Assembly: GCA_050251815.1 (NCBI GenBank)
Contig: JBFWMB010000015.1
Coordinates: 924-64,923 of the forward strand
From: Salinivirgaceae bacterium
GTDB taxonomy: Bacteria > Bacteroidota > Bacteroidia > Bacteroidales > SZUA-534
Length of the DNA: 64,000 bases
Reading direction: 5' to 3'
Shown here: positions 57,321 to 64,000 of the stretch, in pieces
Layout of the letters: each line of letters starts with the position of its first letter
Numbering within the stretch: the stretch's first letter is position 1
Program-made: the position numbers and the translations under genes
Notes under the pieces: generated by a model
The model's input: only the letters and a program-made list of their open reading frames with translations
Database searches by the model: none
What the model was told of the DNA's origin: nothing

Positions 57321-58325
57321 TTATGGCTTATATTTTGAATTGCTTAATATTTGTTGATAATCGCTCAGCTGCATCAACTCTTGCAAGGTAATTTCAGGAT
57401 GCTGCTTCAGGTACGATTTCACAATCTGGTAACCCAGCCAACGGCCGGTTCGCGAAGGCGATTCCCGGGAAAAAGTCGATGTAAAAGGCCCGTCGTCAAT
57501 ATAGCGCTTTATGTCTTTGTAGTCGGAAGAAAATAAAAGCTTGTTTTCAATAAGATACATCCACATTTGTCTTTCGTTTTTTTCGCACCAGCGCAATTTT
57601 GCATCGGGCATTCCCCATTTTACCGTATCGGCCAGATGCGGAAGCATGGCATCGAGAAAAACCTGAATCTTTCCATGATATATCATCTGGCTAACCAAAT
57701 TATCAGGATTGTGTGCATACTGAAATTCAGTAAGACCAACAGCCAACATTACGTCGCTGCTAATTTTATCGGGGCGCATGGTATATCTGAGGTACATGGG
57801 GGTACGCAACATGCCGTAAAATTTGCTTTCGGTTCCCAAATATTTGTCGAGACTAATGCTTATGTACGCCGAATCGACAACCAAACTTTGATTAAAACCC
57901 GATACATGAGTGTAAATAGTAGGAATGGTGTATTCGGGAAAATAATAATGGAAACGCTTAAACGCATCGCTTAATTCGTTTTTAAAATTCAAATCGGGAA
58001 AAACCCGTTGTACTTCATTGTAGGCTTCAACTATGTAGGGGTCGGTTAAAAAATAAGCCAGTTTTTCATCGTAATCCAATTGGTTGGTTCCTCCAATTGA
58101 AATTATCCGGTGGTTGTAAGCCTCGAAAAAAGCACCGTATTTTCCCTCCCAAAAAGGAACTTTACGCCAGATGCTATCGGTAGGAGTTTGAAACAAATCG
58201 CGCTCAAACCGTTCAAATTGTTGGTTGGTTTCAATTTTTGAAATATCAATGTCCCAAATATTTTTATGGCATCCCCATAAAAAAATGAATGACAAAAAGG
58301 AAAGCAACAAAATTCTTCTATTCAT
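57321..58325 (-). CDS. gldB: Gliding-motility lipoprotein GldB
   Basis: 334 aa with a lipoprotein signal (FIFLWGCH). The N-terminus DIDISKIETNQQFERFERDLFQ and the C-terminus ESPSRTGRWLGYQIVKSYLKQHPEITLQELMQ...SKYKP resemble my recollection of the GldB family. It lies near nadE, as I recall it does in other Bacteroidota. Confidence 0.6.
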   Translation of the reverse strand: MNRRILLLSFLSFIFLWGCHKNIWDIDISKIETNQQFERFERDLFQTPTDSIWRKVPFWEGKYGAFFEAYNHRIISIGGTNQLDYDEKLAYFLTDPYIVEAYNEVQRVFPDLNFKNELSDAFKRFHYYFPEYTIPTIYTHVSGFNQSLVVDSAYISISLDKYLGTESKFYGMLRTPMYLRYTMRPDKISSDVMLAVGLTEFQYAHNPDNLVSQMIYHGKIQVFLDAMLPHLADTVKWGMPDAKLRWCEKNERQMWMYLIENKLLFSSDYKDIKRYIDDGPFTSTFSRESPSRTGRWLGYQIVKSYLKQHPEITLQELMQLSDYQQILSNSKYKP

Positions 58326-58432
58326 CGTCTAAAGAGTTTTCCGTAGTTTTGCACAAAGATAAACAGGCTTACCGATTTTATTTATCTTTATCGCGATTTT
58401 TGAACCTGGTTTTAACCATGAATCATTATATT

Positions 58433-59110
58433 ATGAAGAAGCTTACCTTATTAATTGCCTTTGCTTTGATTATAAGCAGCGCTTACAGTCAAAAAGTAAG
58501 AATGGGACTGGCCGCAAACCCACAACTTTCGTGGTTAACATCCGATGTTACCCGTGTTAAGGGCGACGGCCTGCAAATGGGTTTTAGTTTTGGCATGCAA
58601 ACCGATTTCTTTTTTTCCGATCGATACAGCATCACCACCGGTGTACTTATAAACAATACGGGCGGCAGCCTTACCTACGACGATTCAATCCGTTTTAAAA
58701 CAAGCGACGAAACCCTTGCGCTCGATCCGGGAAGTTCCATAAAATACCGGATCCAATACATCGATATTCCGCTGGCTTTCCGCATGGAATCGAACCAGAT
58801 AGGTTATTTTGTGTATTATGCACAGTTTGGCATTACCAATCACCTGCGTGTTGGGGCCTCAGCAAATATTGAGGGTGCAACAAATCAAATTGCTGTTTCG
58901 AAGGATGGCGCCGGCTGCAAGGATGAGGTTGGATTTTTTAATATGGGTTATAACATTGGCGCCGGAACCAACTACTATTTCTCAAAAAACACAGCCATTA
59001 CCCTGGGAGTTTTATACACCAATGGTTTTATTGATGTAACAAAAAACAGCGATGTTGACGACAGCGCATACCTAAGAAGTTTCACCCTGAAAATTGGGTT
59101 GTTGTTCTAA
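58433..59110 (+). CDS. Small outer-membrane beta-barrel (porin-family) protein
   Basis: I chose the ATG at 58433 (MKKLTLLIAFALIISSAYSQ). The sequence shows an alternating beta-strand pattern and ends FTLKIGLLF. The track start at 58289 overlaps gldB and is rejected. Confidence 0.6.
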   Translation: MKKLTLLIAFALIISSAYSQKVRMGLAANPQLSWLTSDVTRVKGDGLQMGFSFGMQTDFFFSDRYSITTGVLINNTGGSLTYDDSIRFKTSDETLALDPGSSIKYRIQYIDIPLAFRMESNQIGYFVYYAQFGITNHLRVGASANIEGATNQIAVSKDGAGCKDEVGFFNMGYNIGAGTNYYFSKNTAITLGVLYTNGFIDVTKNSDVDDSAYLRSFTLKIGLLF

Positions 59111-59197
59111 ATGCTAACCAAAGAATTCCTGATTTCAGTCAAGGCAAATAATCCCAGCACTTTCGGTCAACTAAAGGCCAATAAAACTTAAAATAGA

Positions 59198-60856
59198 ATG
59201 AAGATAGCGCTTTCACAGCTTAATTATCATGTAGGAAACTTTACCTCCAATACCGATAAAATAATTGCGTCCATAAAACAAGCCGAAGCTGCCAGGGCCG
59301 ATTTGGTTGTTTTTTCGGAACTAAGTGTCTGCGGTTACACCCCACACGACTTGCTGGAACAACACGATTTTTTACTGAAATGCAACGAAAGCCTTTTGCA
59401 AATTGCAAGCAAGTGTACAAAAGTGGCTGCAATTGTCGGAGCACCTACTCTGAACCCGGAACCCAAAGGAAAAAAACTGTTTAACTCAGCCATTCTGTTA
59501 GCCGACGGTAAAATTCAACGGGTAGTTAACAAAAGTCTGCTGCCTACTTACGATATTTTTGACGAATACCGTTATTTTGAGCCGGGTCAGAATCACGAAC
59601 TACTGCTTTTTAAGGGTACACGCATTGCCCTTACCATTTGCGAAGATTTATGGGACAAACAACCTTCAGCTTACGTTAGTGCCAAAGGGGCTTTGTATAA
59701 AAAATCGCCCATGAGCGAACTCAACAAATTAAAACCCGATATAATCATCAACATAGCGGCCTCTCCTTTTTCATATAACCAGGGCGAAATCCGCACCCGG
59801 GTTTTGGTTGAGAACGCGCAAAAATACAATTTACCCATTGTTTATGTTAATCAGGTTGGGGCGCAAACCGAATTGATTTTCGATGGTGATTCCATGGTAC
59901 TGGATGCTCAGGGAAACATAGTAAAACGAATGATCCGATTCCAGGAAGATTTTGTGTTGATTGATACGAATAATTTTAAGAAGAACAATTACCCCACATC
60001 GGGAACTCGCCCGGCTGATTACATCGCCGACATTCATGATGCCCTGGTACTGGGATTGCGCGATTATTTCTCTAAAATGAATTTTACCAAAGCCACCTTA
60101 GGCCTAAGTGGTGGCATTGATTCGGCGGTAACACTTGCTTTGGCTGCCGAGGCTTTGGGGGCTGAAAACCTGCATGTATTGCTAATGCCCTCAAAATATT
60201 CGTCGGACCACTCCATAAAAGATGCGATTGATTTGGCCGAAACCCTGGGGGTAAAATACCATACCATTCCCATTCAGGAAACCATGGATGCCATGGAAAA
60301 CGGACTTGCCGAACTTTTTACCGGCTACAGCGCCGATGTTACCGAAGAAAACCTTCAGGCCCGGATTCGCGGAACACTGGTAATGGCACTATCAAATAAA
60401 ATGGGTCACATACTATTAAATACCAGCAATAAAAGTGAAGCAGCAGTTGGTTACGGAACGCTTTACGGCGACATGAATGGCGGACTCTCGGTTTTGGGCG
60501 ATGTGTATAAAACCGATGTTTTTAAACTGGCCCGCTACATTAACCGAAACAGCGAAATAATTCCCGAAAACAGCATTGTAAAACCTCCGTCGGCTGAATT
60601 GCGTCCCGACCAAAAAGATTCTGATTCCCTGCCTGAATACCCTTTGCTTGATGCCATTTTATTTCAATACATTGAACAAAAACTCAGCGCATCAGAAATT
60701 ATTGCTCAGGGTTTTGACGCCGAAGTGGTAAAAAAAGTATTGCAACTGGTTAACCGGAACGAATACAAGCGTTTTCAGGCTCCACCCATTTTGCGGGTGT
60801 CGTCAAAAGCTTTTGGTTTTGGCCGGCGAATGCCTTTGGTAGCCAAATACGAATAA
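59198..60856 (+). CDS. nadE: Glutamine-dependent NAD+ synthetase
   Basis: 552 aa. The N-terminal CN-hydrolase domain (...VFSELSVCGY...LTICEDLW) is followed by the NAD synthetase domain with the PP-loop GLSGGIDSAV. Confidence 0.9.
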   Translation: MKIALSQLNYHVGNFTSNTDKIIASIKQAEAARADLVVFSELSVCGYTPHDLLEQHDFLLKCNESLLQIASKCTKVAAIVGAPTLNPEPKGKKLFNSAILLADGKIQRVVNKSLLPTYDIFDEYRYFEPGQNHELLLFKGTRIALTICEDLWDKQPSAYVSAKGALYKKSPMSELNKLKPDIIINIAASPFSYNQGEIRTRVLVENAQKYNLPIVYVNQVGAQTELIFDGDSMVLDAQGNIVKRMIRFQEDFVLIDTNNFKKNNYPTSGTRPADYIADIHDALVLGLRDYFSKMNFTKATLGLSGGIDSAVTLALAAEALGAENLHVLLMPSKYSSDHSIKDAIDLAETLGVKYHTIPIQETMDAMENGLAELFTGYSADVTEENLQARIRGTLVMALSNKMGHILLNTSNKSEAAVGYGTLYGDMNGGLSVLGDVYKTDVFKLARYINRNSEIIPENSIVKPPSAELRPDQKDSDSLPEYPLLDAILFQYIEQKLSASEIIAQGFDAEVVKKVLQLVNRNEYKRFQAPPILRVSSKAFGFGRRMPLVAKYE

Positions 60857-60872
60857 AAAAGTCGCTTATTTC

Positions 60873-62063
60873 CTATTTTTCCAAAGCCTTAATTGCCAAA
60901 AAGCTCATTAACTGCATGCCGGTTTCTATGGCTTTTTCGTTGGGATTAAAATTAGGCGTATGCAACCCGCCTGAAATGGTTCCATCGGTATGACCAACTC
61001 CCAGGCGATAAAAACAAGCCGGATATTTTTGTGCATACCATCCAAAATCTTCGGCGGTCATGCGGATATCCAAATCGTGTACTTTTTCTTCTCCCAAAAG
61101 CTCGCGGGCTTCGCTTTGCATGGCTACGGTTAATTCCGGATTGTTGTAAACCGAAGGAAAACCCACCTGAATATCCACCTCGCAGCTTCCGCCCATTCCC
61201 TGAGCCACAGACTCAGTAATCTGCCTGATCTTTTCATGAGCTTTATACCTCCAATCCTCATCCATGGTTCGAAAAGTCCCCTCCAGACGTACGGTTTCGG
61301 GGATAATATTCATGGCACTTTTACAAACAATGTTTCCGATGGAAAGCACTGCCGGAACCTGTGTGGGAATAAAACGGCTCACTACCTGCTGCAAAGAAAC
61401 CACGGTTTGCGAAGCCATTAAAACGGTATCAACCGTATTATGGGGCAAGGCAGCATGACCACCTTTGCCCTTAAGTGTTATATACAATTCATCGGCCGAA
61501 GCCATATACTGCCCGGGTTTAAACCCCACCTCACCGGCCGGTAATTCAGGATAAACATGCTGACCGATTATTAATTCCGGAATATATTTATCAAACAAGC
61601 CATCTTCCATCATCAGCTTGGCCCCTCCGGGGAGCTTTTCTTCAGCCGGTTGAAAAACCAGGAGAATGGTTCCGCTGAAGTCTGATTTGAGTTGATTTAA
61701 AATCTTAGCAGTTCCCAACAAACAAGAAGTATGTAAATCGTGTCCGCAGGCATGCATAACACCAGGATTTTGCGATTTAAACGGAAAATTGTTCTCCTCT
61801 TTAATAGGAAGCGCATCCATATCGGCCCGCAAGGCAATGGTTTTGCCTGCTCCTTTTCCTCCTCTTATAACAGCCAACAAACCAGTTTGGGCAATTCCCG
61901 TTTTATGCTCAATTCCCATTTCGGTAAGCTGCTGACTTACAAGAGCAGCCGTTTGATGTTCATGAAACGACAATTCCGGATGGGCATGCAGTTTTCGGCG
62001 GATGGCAACGAATTCTTCGGCGTAAGTATTTGCTAAGTTCTGAATCTGTTCTTTTACATTCAT
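60873..62063 (-). CDS. M20-family amidohydrolase (N-acyl-L-amino acid amidohydrolase / hippuricase type)
   Basis: 396 aa. The pattern RRKLHAHPELSFHE..T...........G.........TG..A.....G.G.TIALRADMDALPI.E......KS...GVMHACGHD.H is present. Confidence 0.85.
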   Translation of the reverse strand: MNVKEQIQNLANTYAEEFVAIRRKLHAHPELSFHEHQTAALVSQQLTEMGIEHKTGIAQTGLLAVIRGGKGAGKTIALRADMDALPIKEENNFPFKSQNPGVMHACGHDLHTSCLLGTAKILNQLKSDFSGTILLVFQPAEEKLPGGAKLMMEDGLFDKYIPELIIGQHVYPELPAGEVGFKPGQYMASADELYITLKGKGGHAALPHNTVDTVLMASQTVVSLQQVVSRFIPTQVPAVLSIGNIVCKSAMNIIPETVRLEGTFRTMDEDWRYKAHEKIRQITESVAQGMGGSCEVDIQVGFPSVYNNPELTVAMQSEARELLGEEKVHDLDIRMTAEDFGWYAQKYPACFYRLGVGHTDGTISGGLHTPNFNPNEKAIETGMQLMSFLAIKALEK

Positions 62064-62072
62064 AGCAGTTAA

Positions 62073-64000
62073 TTAAAAATCGGTACACAAAGATAAGTAA
62101 AACACCCGAGGAAGCACACGTCCGCCATCAATTCCCCAGGCCCAATCGGTACGCACATAGTAACCCAAAAAGCGTGAACGCAGCCCAAAACCCACTCCGG
62201 CAACCAACGGTGAGTGTTTGCGATCGATAACCACACGCACCGGATACTGTACAATTTCTTCATAATCATAAGCATTGTAAGCATTTGCCGGATTGAACCC
62301 ATTCCAGGCGGAACCCACATCGGAAAAACCCACAAGCATAAAATTATTCAGAAAATCGTTGCTGATAGGCCGGTTAAATAAGAAACGCAACAAGGGCCAG
62401 CGCAACTCAAAATTGGCAACAGCAAAACTGTTTCCGTTGCGTACATTTTGCACAAAGCCCCGCATGTTTGTGGCTACCGCCTGATACGCCCAGTTTTTTT
62501 CCTGATTAATGGGCGTGCTGTTATCAAAAGTTGGGGTTTTGTTCGAAAAATTCATCCAGTTATCTACGCTTCCCAAATAATAAATCAGGAGCGAATTACC
62601 AAAGGAAGTACTGTAAGCCAGTCGGCTCGCAAAAATAGCTCCCCGGTATATGGGCAGGTAATTTCGAACATCGGCTCCTAGTACAAAAAGATGTGTGTTT
62701 GCTTCGGCTCCCAATTGATTGTAATATTCACCAAAAAGCTTTAAACGGGTACCGTCGTATAGGTTTAAGCCCAAACTTCGGGTATTGTCAAGAATGTATT
62801 CACCCTTAAATCCTCCCCAGAATTTGTGTTCGTGGGGTTTGTAAAGACTCAGGTTATCAAGACTCTTATATACTTTTTGATCTACCCGGGTGGTAAGTGT
62901 AGTGCGAAAAGCATGAATCTGAGAAAGCGGATATTTGTACACCGCAAAAAACTCGTTGGTAAATATTTTTGCATATTCTGTTTCAGTAAAGCTTTCAAAA
63001 ACCTGCCGGTGATAAATGTACTGCTTATCGAGCCGGTATTTTAAATGCTCCAGGCTAACCAGGTATTCGTTCGATTCAAAATCGACCGAGAAGCGGATGC
63101 CCCCGGTAATTTTATAATCCTCGAACAAATCAATGGCCCCCACTTTGGTGAGAATATTTACACCGGGATTAAAATAAAAAGCACTTCCCGTAAATGCCTG
63201 ATAACTTTGGTTCATAAAGCCAAAATCGACCTGGGTTACCAGTAAATTGGAGTAAAAATTGGTAAAGTACACCATTTGTTTGGGCAGCTGAAACTTCTTT
63301 TCCTTTTCGGGACTGTTATTCAGTAATAGAAACTCATCTTTTTCATTTTCAAAAATGTAATGATTGATATCGATAAGGGTGTCGTTCAAAAAGAGGGGAA
63401 GGTTCTCCAAAAAAACCGAATCGACCTCAAAGCGGTTCAATTCAGCCAACCACAAACTATCGTACTGACTTTTGCCAATATAGTAATTTTTAAACCAGGT
63501 GTTTTTATATCGGGAAGTATCGACGGGGCTTAAAGCAGAAGGTTGATACGAATACAACGATGAACGACCGGGAGTAGCAGTGATTTCTGCAAAATGGTTT
63601 TGTACCGCGTTGTAACTAAACGCTGAAATTCCAAAGCGACGATTGGTAATTGGATACGCCTGAGTAAACTGACGGTAATGGATGGCTGTGTCGATAAAAC
63701 TGATGGTACTGTCGATACGTAAAAAGCCTTTGTTGAAAATACCGTTTTGATTGGTTCGGTATAGAAACTTATCAATGGAATAAGGCTCCGGATGGCTTTC
63801 GTCGATGCGCCAGGTATTGGTCAATCGCTTTAATTCCTGATTATCGCCCTTTAAAGAATACAAAAACAAATCGAGGTGTTCCCCAATTTCCCTCAGGCTG
63901 TCTTTCGAAACGGAAAGCTGTGCAGTTTTCCGGTTCGAAGCAAAGAGAATGGCATCTGCCCCATTTACAAACCGCGGATGCAGATCGTCGGGCAAATCGT
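62073..64000 (-). CDS. Large hypothetical outer-membrane protein with an Omp85/surface-antigen-like C-terminal barrel. It is partial, and the N-terminus lies beyond the window end.
   Basis: The reading frame is open to position 64000, and the track's M at 63995 is a TTG artefact. The C-terminus is aromatic-rich with a beta-strand pattern (GFGLRSRFLGYYVRTDWAWGI...FYLSLCTDF). Confidence 0.45.
   Translation of the reverse strand, partial: DLPDDLHPRFVNGADAILFASNRKTAQLSVSKDSLREIGEHLDLFLYSLKGDNQELKRLTNTWRIDESHPEPYSIDKFLYRTNQNGIFNKGFLRIDSTISFIDTAIHYRQFTQAYPITNRRFGISAFSYNAVQNHFAEITATPGRSSLYSYQPSALSPVDTSRYKNTWFKNYYIGKSQYDSLWLAELNRFEVDSVFLENLPLFLNDTLIDINHYIFENEKDEFLLLNNSPEKEKKFQLPKQMVYFTNFYSNLLVTQVDFGFMNQSYQAFTGSAFYFNPGVNILTKVGAIDLFEDYKITGGIRFSVDFESNEYLVSLEHLKYRLDKQYIYHRQVFESFTETEYAKIFTNEFFAVYKYPLSQIHAFRTTLTTRVDQKVYKSLDNLSLYKPHEHKFWGGFKGEYILDNTRSLGLNLYDGTRLKLFGEYYNQLGAEANTHLFVLGADVRNYLPIYRGAIFASRLAYSTSFGNSLLIYYLGSVDNWMNFSNKTPTFDNSTPINQEKNWAYQAVATNMRGFVQNVRNGNSFAVANFELRWPLLRFLFNRPISNDFLNNFMLVGFSDVGSAWNGFNPANAYNAYDYEEIVQYPVRVVIDRKHSPLVAGVGFGLRSRFLGYYVRTDWAWGIDGGRVLPRVFYLSLCTDF

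Noticed and set aside
1-64000. A search for CRISPR arrays, tRNA/rRNA genes, IS elements, integrases, phage genes, reverse transcriptases and toxin-antitoxin pairs.
   Set aside because: No spaced direct-repeat array, cloverleaf-like segment, or transposase, integrase or RT motif turned up in any ORF or intergenic region I read. The intergenic gaps longer than 250 bp (834-1178, 7263-7549, 8345-8618, 28892-29191, 32401-32660, 48154-48448, 50345-50726) are AT-rich promoter or terminator regions. Absence is judged by eye only.

Overview
The window looks like a 64-kb stretch of chromosome from a Bacteroidota genome. The evidence is gliding-motility genes gldF, gldG and gldB, many OM/PD40/TPR lipoproteins, no visible Shine-Dalgarno sequences, and AT-rich intergenic regions. 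The lineage is probably an environmental Bacteroidia or Marinilabiliales-like one, but that is inference only. The window is densely coding, with about 55 genes, most of them core metabolism or envelope functions: pfp, a 5'-nucleotidase, znuABC, lpdA, dnaN, gldFG, tex, gcvP, rlpA, nadC, rlmH, mutS2, mscL, nadE and an M20 amidohydrolase. I found no rRNA, tRNA, CRISPR array, transposase, integrase or phage genes, and no unambiguous new system. The observations most worth following up are listed here. (1) A degenerate copy of the 3' end of the MutS-like gene lies 2.7 kb downstream of the intact gene and brackets a BlaI/BlaR1-type module, which looks like a replacement or insertion scar. That module has a 20-bp-periodic palindromic operator. 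(2) A translationally coupled pair, a membrane protein and a single-HKD PLD-family nuclease, is followed by an unusual cluster of TGCGCA-centred perfect palindromes. (3) A tight six-gene operon of poorly characterised small families (DoxX, DUF4287, SRPBCC, VOC, DUF1697, VOC) diverges from a GlxA/AraC regulator and sits beside a PerR-Dps-peroxiredoxin operon. (4) A 1224-aa histidine kinase with about 12 TM segments overlaps rlmH and has no response regulator nearby. All product calls come from reading motifs in the supplied translations. No database search was run.
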